Of a DNA stretch of 64,000 nucleotides, positions 1-9,512 are shown piece by piece. Location: positions 5,678 to 69,677 of IMG/VR virus record IMGVR_UViG_3300031949_000024. One strand, 5' to 3'. This DNA comes from a virus (taxonomy: Duplodnaviria; Caudoviricetes). Position numbers and translations under genes: made by a program. Under the pieces are notes generated by a model. That model saw only the letters and a program-made list of their open reading frames with translations, did not search any database and was not told the DNA's origin. The stretch's first letter is position 1. Every line of letters begins with the position of its first letter.

Positions 1-198
1 GGTCGGGTTTTGTATGGGCGGCGTCGGCCGCGGGCGGGGATGAAGGCCATCGAGGGGAAGGTGACCTGATGGTGATCGGTCGGATACTCGGAGTGACGCA
101 CCATAACAGAAGTTCTGGTGTAGTCATTCTGCCCCGGTATGTGGGGGTTCCGAAGATCATTCTTGCCGGATTTCCCGGGCCGAGACCCGAAACCGGCT

Positions 199-262
199 TA
201 GTGTCTTACGTTCCGCGGGGTGGCGGACGTAGTGTCTTACGTCCCCAACGTAGTGTCTTACG
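199..262 (+). repeat. Three direct copies of TAGTGTCTTACG (199-210, 230-241, 251-262); likely operator array overlapping a -10 box
   Basis: Exact 12-mer read three times. The last copy supplies TAGTGT (TANNNT) 7 nt before ATG 264, consistent with a leaderless promoter. Confidence 0.7.
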
Positions 263-263
263 A

Positions 264-437
264 ATGAGTCCCCGGCCCGGGCCCCGCCGGCCCACCCTCA
301 CCTTCCGCCTCACCCCCGAAGCCATCCACCGCATCGACCTCCTCGCCGAAGCCGAGAACGTCCAGCGGTCCGAGATGCTCCGCCGCATGCTGGCCTACGC
401 AGCCCGGCACATGCCCAAGGGATGGCAGCAGCCATGA
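264..437 (+). CDS. Ribbon-helix-helix (CopG/MetJ-like) DNA-binding protein
   Basis: PTLTFRLTPEAIHRIDLLAEAENVQRSEMLRRML fits the RHH strand-helix-helix pattern. Start moved from 69 to ATG 264. Confidence 0.7.
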   Translation: MSPRPGPRRPTLTFRLTPEAIHRIDLLAEAENVQRSEMLRRMLAYAARHMPKGWQQP

Positions 438-829
438 GCGACACGAACCGACGCGCCAACCGACGCGCCATCGTCCTACTGCCCTACGAGGCAGTAGCGA
501 CCTTGCTCGAACTCCCGCCCGGCCTGACAGTGCACGCCATCTACCCGGACCCGCTGCGCGACGCGTTCGCCGTCAAGGTCACCGGCGACAGCCTCGCCGA
601 CGTCCCGGCAGGCGACCAGGCACCACTGCTGGCACAGGTCCATCTAGTAGTCGACGACACGCGGCCCATCCTCGACGCACTTCGGAAGATGCATACCATC
701 TCTGCCGACAGCAAGACCTGCCACCACTGTGAGTACATCTGGCCGTGTCCGACGATCCGGCTCGCAGAGGATGAGGCGTTGGCGCATCCACTCCAGATGC
801 GACGCTTCAAGGTCGAGTGGCCGGCATGA
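434..829 (+). CDS. Hypothetical phage protein with C-terminal CxxC..WPC motif
   Basis: ATG overlaps the RHH stop; TCHHCEYIWPCPT motif. Confidence 0.55.
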   Translation: MSDTNRRANRRAIVLLPYEAVATLLELPPGLTVHAIYPDPLRDAFAVKVTGDSLADVPAGDQAPLLAQVHLVVDDTRPILDALRKMHTISADSKTCHHCEYIWPCPTIRLAEDEALAHPLQMRRFKVEWPA

Positions 830-872
830 CCTGCCCTGGGTCAGGTTTCTCCACGGGCCGGAAGGAACCCCC

Positions 873-1241
873 ATGACCAACCACCCGGGCGACCTGTGGC
901 GCTCCGTCGGACCATTGGGAGAGTGGTTTGGCCGGGCCGTCCGCAGCCAAGCCGAGATCGAACGCTGGAAGGTCAAAGCCGCGGTACTGGGCCTCACCCC
1001 GGCTGAGACCGGCGTGCTGTGGAACGAAGTCATCGCCGATCAGGTCCGCTGGCCTTGGGCGTTCAGCGCCGTCAACGAGGCCGACCGGCGGCTGATGCTG
1101 CGCTGCGCCGAACTCCGCGAACGCCCGGCGGCGGAGATGCGACGCGCAGGAGAGCAAATCCTCGCCTCGCTGGGCCTGCCCTACACCCCGGCTCAGGTCG
1201 ACGACTACGGGTGGATGCTCGAGAGGATGGCCACCGAATGA
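873..1241 (+). CDS. Hypothetical phage protein
   Basis: GGAAGG SD before ATG 873; coupled to the next ORF. Confidence 0.5.
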   Translation: MTNHPGDLWRSVGPLGEWFGRAVRSQAEIERWKVKAAVLGLTPAETGVLWNEVIADQVRWPWAFSAVNEADRRLMLRCAELRERPAAEMRRAGEQILASLGLPYTPAQVDDYGWMLERMATE

Positions 1242-1477
1242 CCTGCCCCGCCCAGGACCTTCCCCGCCCGCCCCGCCACTGTGCCGATCTTGTGGACTAC
1301 CTCCGTAAGCAGCTCGACCTCGCCGCCGCGCCGTCCTGCGCCTGCCCCGACCTCGACGTCACCAGCCCCGACGACCTGCGTCGCGGCGAGCGCGCGTTCG
1401 TCAAGGGCTACGCCGACGGCTGCCCGATCCACGGCCTCGACGGCACCGAGCCGATGTACCGAAGGGCCATCTCATGA
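1238..1477 (+). CDS. Small Cys/His protein (CxCP...CPIHG)
   Basis: ATGA overlaps at both ends; SCACPDLD...GCPIHG. Confidence 0.55.
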   Translation: MTCPAQDLPRPPRHCADLVDYLRKQLDLAAAPSCACPDLDVTSPDDLRRGERAFVKGYADGCPIHGLDGTEPMYRRAIS

Positions 1478-2172
1478 CCTCCTCCGTCTGCCTCGCCGCC
1501 CAAGTCGACCACCCACCCCGCCACTGCGCCGGCGCAGACCTCGACGGGCCGCTACCCCTCTGCCGCCCCTGCCTCGACCACGCCACGCAGGCCGTGCCGC
1601 TGCTGGTGCACGACTACCGCGACCTCGAACAGATCATCCCCAAACCCATGTCCCAATGGTCCGACGGCCAGCCCCGCGGCTCCGGCGAACCCCCCATCCC
1701 CATGCAACTGCACGTCGAAGCACTCCAGGCCGAAATTTGGTGGCTCACCACCTGCTGGGCCGAAGTGTTGACCGACGTCCACCACCTCGCCGACCCGCCC
1801 CGCCACGTCCGGCGCGGTTTCGACGTCCAATGGGCCGTCCAACTCCTCACCCCACGCATCGAAGTCCTGGCCCGCGTCCCTGCGGTGCCGATGCTGTTCT
1901 ATCCCCACACCGCCGACACCCTGTCTGCCGTGACCGGAGGGCAGGGCCTGCTCGACCTCGCCTCGGCGCACGACCGGGCACGGCCCATGTTGGGCCTGAC
2001 CGAACCGACCTACGTCCTACCGGGCCGTTGTCAGGCCAAGGGCTGCGGGGCGGCCGAACTGCGGGTGGCGGACGGGTCGGACACGGTGTGGTGCGACCGG
2101 TGCCGGGCAGTGATGAGCCGGGATGACTACGACCGGTTGGGCAACGTGTTCCTACGAGAGGCAGCAGCATGA
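1474..2172 (+). CDS. Conserved-type actinophage protein with N- and C-terminal Zn-ribbon motifs
   Basis: LCRPC and CQAKGC...WCDRC motifs; coupled start; ends EAAA. Confidence 0.65.
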   Translation: MTSSVCLAAQVDHPPRHCAGADLDGPLPLCRPCLDHATQAVPLLVHDYRDLEQIIPKPMSQWSDGQPRGSGEPPIPMQLHVEALQAEIWWLTTCWAEVLTDVHHLADPPRHVRRGFDVQWAVQLLTPRIEVLARVPAVPMLFYPHTADTLSAVTGGQGLLDLASAHDRARPMLGLTEPTYVLPGRCQAKGCGAAELRVADGSDTVWCDRCRAVMSRDDYDRLGNVFLREAAA

Positions 2173-2297
2173 TTCCCATGACCCCTTGGCCCTGGCCTGC
2201 AGAACGCGATTGCGGGCCGTACATCTGCGGCCTGGAACCGCAGTACGCAGACCCATGCCGGCGGTGCCCTGCCCTGCCCGCGCCCGGAGGCAGCATC

Positions 2298-5265
2298 ATG
2301 ACCCAGAACCAGGAAGAGCGGATCGACGAACCGATCTGCAAACTGTGCGGCCACCACGCCGACAACCACCTGTTCCGCATCGAAGCCCGAGGCGGTCCGA
2401 TGTGCAAGAAGTGCCCGGACCGAACATGCCAGGACCTGGCCACCTGGCTGCGGGCCCAGGGCGACGAGGACGAGCGGGGTGAAGCCGTGATTCCCGACCT
2501 GCAACTAGACCTCGCCAGCGCCATCGCCCGCATCGAGCAGATCGTCGCCCTGGACGACGACGATGCCCTCCGCGCACTGCTCATTGCACGCCTGCGGTAC
2601 GACGCCGTACGTCTTCGCCGCCACCTCACCCCGGAGTGGACAGCCAAACTCGAGGAGGCAGCAGCATGACCCCGGAATCAGGACAGCAGGTCGGCGAGGT
2701 CATCGCGCACGGCACTTACCGGCAGTGCCCGACGTGCCGGGTCGCAGCGCCGATCATCGGTGGGCTACCGGCTGACGGGTCGCTCACCGTCAGCCGAGGC
2801 CGATTCGAGGAAGGCGGACGGATCCATCCGCTGACGTTCACACCGCACCACGCCAACTGTCCGGAGGCAGCATGAGCAGCATCACCGACATGGTCATCTT
2901 CATGGGCCTCTACGAGTCGGAGGCCATGACCCGACTCAACGCCTGGTGCGCCTTCAACGACTCGGGCGTGCAGCAGTTCGAGCCGCTCGACACCGACGCG
3001 GCCGGCGGCCGGAAAGTGTTCACGGCATCCGTCTGGGCTATGGCCGGCAACTACTTCGACTGGGAGCGGCTGGCCGAAGCCCTGCCCACATTCGGCTGGA
3101 ACTGGCCTAACGAGGTGGTGCTGATCGTCGACGATGAGCACGGCAACGCAGTTCAGGTCTTCCGGGCCAGCCAGGCCGGCGAGGTTCTGGGTTACGAGTA
3201 CTGCAACCCTGCCACCGGTGAGCGGCTTCTGCTCGACCCGCGTGAAGTGAACGTGGTGCGGCATGGCTGACCCCATCATCCCGCCGCCTGTGAGGAACCC
3301 GCCGCCGATGCCGCCGATGCCCAACGGTGGTGGAGCCGCACCGGACCTGACCGCCGGCCGGTGGCTGGAGCTGGTTCCAGTGGAGGTGTTCGGGCTCATC
3401 TGTGAGGAGCACGAACTTCCCCAACCAGTCGGCTGGGGACTCTGTGACGCCGTCCAGGCCTGGTCGGACTGCAATCGGGCCGACGGCCGGATCTACCGGG
3501 TCGAAGATTTCGACGGGCACCGTGTGCCGGGTGAGACGGTAAAGGTTTGGGTGCCCGACGCGGACCTGCCGTTTTTCGAGCGCCAATGGGGTGACGGCTA
3601 CTCGACCGATCCGGACGTGGTGGACATGATTCCGCCGACAGCAGTCCGTGAGCCGCTACCCAAACCGGATCTCGCCGCCTTGATGCGCGATCTGACCCAG
3701 ATGTACGGCGCCATTCAAATGTCGCCGCGCAGCGAGGGTATGTGGCGTTGGGTCCTGTCGCCGGCCGCTATCGGCCTGCTGCGCGGCTACGCCGAGACGC
3801 TGGGCTTCGTCACCAGGGCGTACGACAAGGAGTCGGTCTTCGGTCTCCCGATCCGCGTCGACGAGCACGCCACACACCCGATGCTGGAGCTACGCCGTGA
3901 CTGACAATGACCGGCGGCCCGACCGCCTCGTCGAGACCATCAACGGCGAGCAGTGGTTCGTTTTCCAGCGCGAGCGCTTCGAAGTCGAGCGCCGTGGGCG
4001 TCTCCGCTGGCAGGTCATCTCGCATCATCGTGCCCTCGACGAAGAGAAACCCACCGACGTCGGCCGCCCTTTCCGGCTCCGTAGGTCCGCAAGGCGCCGC
4101 GCCGCAACGCTGGACCGCTCACCCGGCTACTACCCGATCGCCGGGCCCATCGACTGGGCCGCTGCCCAGCGGATGGGCAGGCCACGATGAACGACAACCA
4201 GCCCGAGCTGACCGTTCACAAGCTCGCCCACTACGTCCCGGTTCAACTGCTCGGCCTCGACGAGCAGGGCCGCCAGCAGTACGTCTGCCCCAGTGCTGGG
4301 TGCGGCGAAACGGCCTACTTCGACGCCGAGGGCCACTGCCCCACCGACGAGGCCCTGCAAGCCTTCCTCACCAAGGCGATGGACGACCTGGCACCGAGGC
4401 TCGGGGGCTACCTCGGGGAGTGGTCGTGACTGACCTGATCACTTGGTTGCGGGCCCAACTGGACTGGGCTGAGACCGACGCCAGCGAAGACCACACCATC
4501 GGCTGCAAGGTGCGCGACCTTCCGCCGGGCGTGGACGACTACCCCGATGAGGGGATCGACTCCACCAACCCAGACGCATGTGACTGTCCGGTTCGGCCAC
4601 GGCTGCTCGACGTCAAGGCCAAGCGCGCCATCCTCGACGAATACGAGGCCATGGCGACCTGGAGGAGTGGCGGCCGTGATTGAGCCAACGTCGCAGCAGT
4701 GCACAGACAACGCCCCGATCCAACTCGACGACGGCCAAACCGGCTACGCCTGCTGGTATCCGCAGATGGGCGGCTACGTCTCCCACTGCATCGTCGTCGG
4801 TGCCGGCGGGGGGGAATGTTTCGAGGCCTATGTCTGGCACGACGGAGATTTTCCGTTTTCCGACGACGATGTGAGCCCGCGCGAATTGCATCACTGTGAC
4901 GCTGGCCAGTTCATCAGGTTCGGCGAATGGGTGCAGTCTTTGGGGGACCGGTGACCGATCATCCGATCCTGCCCGTAGCGCCTGCCCGCTACCGTGCCAG
5001 CCATGGACGTCCCTTGGCATCTGCTCGGCCTGCTCGGATTCGTTGGGGCGTCGGCGTGGTTTCTGATCTGGTTGGTGCGGGGCAAACGCCGGGCGTAGCT
5101 CCGGCTCCTCGATGCATCTGCCCCGCAGTGGACCTGTCGTCCTACGACGGTGCGCCCGATCCTCCGGTCATGCGCGGCTACGACCCTGATTGCCCGATCC
5201 ACGGCGTGGACGGAACCCGACCGGACAGGCTCGCCTACCCTTCGCCCCGCTGGCCAGCCTCATGA
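2298..5265 (+). other. Array of nine translationally coupled small hypothetical genes (2298-2669, 2666-2875, 2872-3270, 3263-3904, 3897-4190, 4187-4429, 4426-4683, 4676-4954, 4951-5265)
   Basis: Consecutive 4-8 nt stop/start overlaps with SD-like motifs; no recognisable catalytic motifs. Confidence 0.6.
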
Positions 5266-5687
5266 TCGACCCAACCAGTGGCATGCCCGACCTGGCTGAG
5301 ACGAACCGGACGGAGACCACAATCCGCCAGTTCGACGTCGACGGTGTGGTGGTTGCCGAGACCGGTGGGGATGTACCTGTGACCGGCCTTGATCCCCTGA
5401 CGGGACAGGTCATCGCCAATACACTCAAGATCCGTAAGTCCCGAAATCTGACTCAGGAGGATCTCGCCGCAGCCATGAGAGGCCGTGGAGTCCTTTGGGT
5501 TCGCACGATCGTGGCGAACCTGGAGTCCGGCCGACGCGGCCATCTCACTGTGGCCGAGCTCGCCGCACTGGGCGACGTGTTCGGAATGGATCCCTGGGCG
5601 CTCACCCAGCCGTTGCCGCCATGCGAGACCTGTCACGGCAACCCACCTGTCGGGTTCTCCTGCCGCACCTGTGGGACGGGCGCATGA
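5262..5687 (+). CDS. XRE-family HTH protein with C-terminal Zn ribbon
   Basis: IRKSRNLTQEDLAAAM...VANLESGRR HTH; CETC...CRTC. Confidence 0.75.
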   Translation: MIDPTSGMPDLAETNRTETTIRQFDVDGVVVAETGGDVPVTGLDPLTGQVIANTLKIRKSRNLTQEDLAAAMRGRGVLWVRTIVANLESGRRGHLTVAELAALGDVFGMDPWALTQPLPPCETCHGNPPVGFSCRTCGTGA

Positions 5688-6025
5688 CCGACCCGTGGCC
5701 GTGGCCCGAGGACCTGCCCGTCGACCGGGCCCGCCGCGTCGCCAACTCGCTGCTCGGCCTGATCCCCACCCACGAACGGCACATCGCCATCCGCAAAGCC
5801 CGGGCCGTGGGCGAAACGTGGCTGGGTGCCGAACTGCTCCGCTTCGACACCACCGACGTCATCACCACCGCCGAGGCTGCCGAACTTGTGCACGTCGGCG
5901 CGTCGACCATCCGCAAATGGCACAGCGATGGCCACCTGCCAAACCACCTGGGCAGGCAGGGCCGCTATGTGGTCGCCTTGGTGTTGGATTGTGCTGCGGC
6001 CCGCCGCCGGGTCGGGTCGGCTTGA
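5684..6025 (+). CDS. HTH (excisionase/MerR-like) DNA-binding protein upstream of the terminase
   Basis: ITTAEAAELVHVGASTIRKW HTH pattern. Confidence 0.7.
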   Translation: MTDPWPWPEDLPVDRARRVANSLLGLIPTHERHIAIRKARAVGETWLGAELLRFDTTDVITTAEAAELVHVGASTIRKWHSDGHLPNHLGRQGRYVVALVLDCAAARRRVGSA

Positions 6026-6113
6026 CCTTCGTAACGGCCGGTGCGATCATGCGGCGAGAGGAGTCGGCCCAATCCGGGTGCGGCTTCCGTTTCTCCGTTT
6101 TCAGGGAGTGATC

Positions 6114-6200
6114 ATGACTGAGCCTGACGAGTCGCCCGCGGCCGAGCCCGTGGAGGCTGCCGACGTCGACGCTGCCGAGCCTGTGGCCGTCGAGGAGTAG
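6114..6200 (+). CDS. Tiny acidic peptide (28 aa)
   Basis: GGGAGTG SD; MTEPDESPAAEPVEAADVDAAEPVAVEE. Confidence 0.35.
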   Translation: MTEPDESPAAEPVEAADVDAAEPVAVEE

Positions 6201-6224
6201 CACCCCTCTTGGCGGAGGTGGGCC

Positions 6225-7670
6225 GTGTTGGATGCCACCTCCGCCGCCTTGTGGGGGCAGGCTGCCAGCACGTTCTCTCGGTCGGCGACGGCCAGGCAGT
6301 TTTTGAGCCCCGGCGACCTGGCCGCGGAGATGGATCCGCGGTCGGTGCGTACGCCGGCGTTGGATCTGATCGATGAGGCGTTGGTGGAGTGCGCCGACGG
6401 GCTGTGTGACCGGCTGATCATCAGCATGCCACCACAAGAGGGCAAGTCGACCAAATGCACGCGAAGGTTCCCGCTCTGGCTATTGCGGCGCAAACCTGAC
6501 ACGCGTGTGGTGGTTGCCTCCTACGAGCACGGGGTGGCCCGGCGTTGGGGCCGGGCGGTGCGCAACGACATCGCCGAACGGCCAGATCTGGGCCTTGCTG
6601 TCCGTCAGGACACGTCCGCGGCGCATGAGTGGCAGTTGGATGGGCACGAGGGCGGCATGTTCTGTGTCGGCATCGGCGGGGCGCTCACCGGACGTCCGGT
6701 CGATGTACTTCTGATAGATGATCCGGTAAAAGGTCCGAAAGAGGCCGAATCGCTCACGTTCCGGGATACGGCGTGGGACTGGTGGGAGTCGGTCGGCTCG
6801 ACCCGACTCGCCCCTGGTGCGTTCGTCGTGTTGGTCATGACTCGCTGGCACGAGGACGACCTAGCCGGTCGGCTGCTACGCGAGGAGCCGAACACGTGGC
6901 GGCTACTCAATATCCCGGCGCAGGCCGACCACCGGCCCGAGCTCGGCGAGGTCGATCCGTTGGGTCGCGAGCCGGGACAGTTCATGGAGTCGGCACGTCG
7001 GCGCACGGTGGAGCAGTGGCAGCGGATCCGCACCCAACGCGGCACCCGCACCTGGAACGCCCTGTATCAGGGTCGCCCGTCACCGGGTGAGGGTCTGGTG
7101 TTCCGCCGGGACTGGTGGCAACGCTACGAACGGCCGCAGTGGATCGAAACCGACGGCGTCTGTTCGGTGCTGTCCTTCGACGAGGTCATCCAGTCGTGGG
7201 ACATGGCGTTCAAAGACACCGACGGGGCCGACTTCGTGGTCGGGCAGGTGTGGGGCCGTCGCAGCAACGACGCCTACCTGTTGGATCAGGTCCGGGGCCG
7301 GATGTCGTTTGTGGACACCTGCATGGCGGTGCGAACGTTGTCGGCCCGCTGGCCGCAGGCGCACGCGAAGCTGGTGGAGGACAAGGCGAACGGCACGGCG
7401 GTCATCAACCAGTTGCGCACGATGGTGCCTGGCCTGATCCCGGTCGAGCCTGAGGGCAGCAAGGTGGCGCGGGCGTCGGCGGTGTCGCCGTTCGTGGAGG
7501 CCGGCAATGTGTGGCTGCCCTCGCCCGAGGTGGCGCCGTGGGTGCAGGCGCTGATCGAGGAGGCGTCGAATTTTCCGCTGTCGACGCATGACGACCAGGT
7601 GGATGCGTTGTCGCAGGCGTTGAACCGGCTGCTGCTCAACGCAGTCCGCCCCCGCGTGAGGTTCATGTGA
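6225..7670 (+). CDS. terL: Terminase large subunit
   Basis: Walker A MPPQEGKS, Walker B LLIDDPVK, coupling motif VMTRW, RNase H-like SWDMAFK...HDDQVDA. Confidence 0.95.
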   Translation: MLDATSAALWGQAASTFSRSATARQFLSPGDLAAEMDPRSVRTPALDLIDEALVECADGLCDRLIISMPPQEGKSTKCTRRFPLWLLRRKPDTRVVVASYEHGVARRWGRAVRNDIAERPDLGLAVRQDTSAAHEWQLDGHEGGMFCVGIGGALTGRPVDVLLIDDPVKGPKEAESLTFRDTAWDWWESVGSTRLAPGAFVVLVMTRWHEDDLAGRLLREEPNTWRLLNIPAQADHRPELGEVDPLGREPGQFMESARRRTVEQWQRIRTQRGTRTWNALYQGRPSPGEGLVFRRDWWQRYERPQWIETDGVCSVLSFDEVIQSWDMAFKDTDGADFVVGQVWGRRSNDAYLLDQVRGRMSFVDTCMAVRTLSARWPQAHAKLVEDKANGTAVINQLRTMVPGLIPVEPEGSKVARASAVSPFVEAGNVWLPSPEVAPWVQALIEEASNFPLSTHDDQVDALSQALNRLLLNAVRPRVRFM

Positions 7671-7680
7671 GGAGTCCATT

Positions 7681-7917
7681 GTGGCCAGTGCGGGACAGAT
7701 CGACATGAAGTTTCAGCTGACGGCGACGGTGCTCGCCCCGGGCGACACGCTCGTGGTGGCCGTGTCGCGGCGGCTGACCGATTGGGAACGGGATCAGATG
7801 GCGGCCGACTTCCGCACAAACCTGCCCGGCGTGAAGGTGGCGCTGATCGAACAATGCTCCGGTCTGGCCACCTATCATCCCGACCCGGACGTGCCAGACC
7901 TGCCGACGCTCACGTAG
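7681..7917 (+). CDS. Hypothetical protein
   Basis: GAGGAG SD; 78 aa ORF. Confidence 0.55.
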   Translation: MASAGQIDMKFQLTATVLAPGDTLVVAVSRRLTDWERDQMAADFRTNLPGVKVALIEQCSGLATYHPDPDVPDLPTLT

Positions 7918-7928
7918 GGGGGGCTGCG

Positions 7929-8462
7929 GTGGCCGCTCGGGTCCTGTTTGCGGGAGCGTACCGGCCGGCGGATGTGGTTGAGGCGCTGCTTCACCCGCAC
8001 AACCACCCGGGTCACGCGAGCCAGAAAAGTCACGGCCGCAAGGGCAATACGGTCCCGTCCGAAGGCCCCGTTGACACGCCAATCATGCGGCCCGGAGTTG
8101 GGCACTATGAGCCGGGGCAAACCTACTTGCGGGTTCAGTCAGCAAACCGGGACTTGACTGATCTGCTAGATCCCGAGCACGTCTCCTATTCGTGGGATAG
8201 CGAGGACGTTTTCGACAGGGGTACTTCGACGGCAGAAACGCCCGAGGAGTTAGCCGAATATCTGGCGCAGACCGGGATACCTATTGGTCTGGGTGATTGG
8301 GTGATCGTTGAGGTAGCGGGTAACGATCTAGGGCCAGGACGGGACCGACACCTCAATGAGCGCCTTGTGGACGTGGATCAGATCGTGTCGGTGCGTCCCC
8401 TCGACGATGAGTTTTTCGGCATGATTGGCGACGCTTACGAACGGCTTAACGAGGGGGCCTGA
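7929..8462 (+). CDS. Tagged effector 1: NHPGHASQKSHGRKG tag plus a possible ART-like (R-S-E) domain
   Basis: GTG 7929 follows a G-run SD. Tag at 8001-8045. YLRVQ...GTST...NERLV spacing resembles an R-S-E ADP-ribosyltransferase fold (weak). Confidence 0.55.
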   Translation: MAARVLFAGAYRPADVVEALLHPHNHPGHASQKSHGRKGNTVPSEGPVDTPIMRPGVGHYEPGQTYLRVQSANRDLTDLLDPEHVSYSWDSEDVFDRGTSTAETPEELAEYLAQTGIPIGLGDWVIVEVAGNDLGPGRDRHLNERLVDVDQIVSVRPLDDEFFGMIGDAYERLNEGA

Positions 8463-8638
8463 TGCGTTCCCTTGTTGCTTTGGCCCGTCAACGTCTGGCC
8501 CGGCCCGGTTCCAGGCATGCCCTGTTGCAGGTGGCCGGGTTCGGCTGCCTCGCGGTGGCGGCCGGCATGTGGCTGCTGCCCGTCGGCATCGCCGTCGCCG
8601 GGGTGTCGCTGCTCGTCATGTCCGGACTGCTGGAATAG
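8462..8638 (+). CDS. Small membrane protein of the kind usually found just upstream of actinophage portals (not in the ORF track)
   Basis: MRSLVALARQRLARPGSRHALLQVAGFGCLAVAAGMWLLPVGIAVAGVSLLVMSGLLE*; two hydrophobic segments. Confidence 0.7.
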   Translation: MRSLVALARQRLARPGSRHALLQVAGFGCLAVAAGMWLLPVGIAVAGVSLLVMSGLLE

Positions 8639-8642
8639 CGCC

Positions 8643-9503
8643 GTGCACTGGTCGGGCCGGTTCGCCGACGAGGTGACAGCCTCGCGTAGCCAACTCACCC
8701 GCGCGCGGGCGCTGCTCGAGCAGGTCCCGCGTAACCACCCCGGCCACCCGGACCAGAAGTCCCACGGACGCAAGGGCGGCACGAAAGCCGACGCGCAGAC
8801 CGCCGACCTGCCGCGGGTCGAAAACCCGGAAGACCGGCGGGCACAGGCCATGGGCACCAACCCCGGCTATCTCGGACCGTACACCGGCCCAGTCACCCCG
8901 AAGATCAAACGGGACGGCGGCGCCAGCTACGCCGAGAACTGCAGCCGGGTCGTCATCGCATATGAGATGCGCCGACGCGGCATCGACGTGACCGCCGGTG
9001 CAGGCTCTCCTGTCGGCGACACGATCGCCGCCTACGTGCACACGTTCCGGCAGGATGGAAAGTATCCGCTCCGGCTGGCGGAGGATCTGTCCCGCGACAT
9101 GTCGGTGCGGCAGGTCGCCACCGAGGTGGAGTCCTGGCCGCACGGGGCGCGGGGCATTGTCACCATTCAGGGCCACACCCTCAGCGTCGAACGGGACACA
9201 AAAACGGGCAAGGCCGTTTTCGTCGATGCGCAGACGGCGAAGAAGAAAAGTCCAATTTTGACCCGGGCACAGTTGGAGGCCCGGATGAAGTCGCGCGGCG
9301 CCCCGACCGACAAGTGGACGGCTGTGGCCCGCGTGGACGATCTTGACCTGTCTGACCATGGCCTGCGCTATGTCGAATCGCCGAGGCTGAGCCTCGCCGA
9401 CGGGCAGGTCGGGAAGACGTCGTTCCCGCAGGACCCGGACAGTCCGACGTTCTCGAGCTTTGAGCAGATAGCGGCCCTGCCCCCGGACGACAGTTACCCG
9501 TAG
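8643..9503 (+). CDS. Tagged effector 2: papain-fold toxin (Tox-PL-like) with NHPGHPDQKSHGRKG tag
   Basis: Catalytic-type motifs ENCSRV (Cys), GHTLSV (His), FVDAQT (Asp/Gln). Start reassigned to GTG 8643 because 8462-8638 is a separate gene. Confidence 0.75.
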   Translation: MHWSGRFADEVTASRSQLTRARALLEQVPRNHPGHPDQKSHGRKGGTKADAQTADLPRVENPEDRRAQAMGTNPGYLGPYTGPVTPKIKRDGGASYAENCSRVVIAYEMRRRGIDVTAGAGSPVGDTIAAYVHTFRQDGKYPLRLAEDLSRDMSVRQVATEVESWPHGARGIVTIQGHTLSVERDTKTGKAVFVDAQTAKKKSPILTRAQLEARMKSRGAPTDKWTAVARVDDLDLSDHGLRYVESPRLSLADGQVGKTSFPQDPDSPTFSSFEQIAALPPDDSYP

Positions 9504-9512
9504 GGGGCTGGG

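Noticed and set aside
69-263. N-terminal extension of the 69-437 ORF
   Set aside because: It runs through the operator repeats; the RHH domain and a leaderless -10 point to ATG 264.
8472-8642. 5' part of the track ORF 8472-9503
   Set aside because: It is a shadow of the real membrane gene 8462-8638 in another frame.
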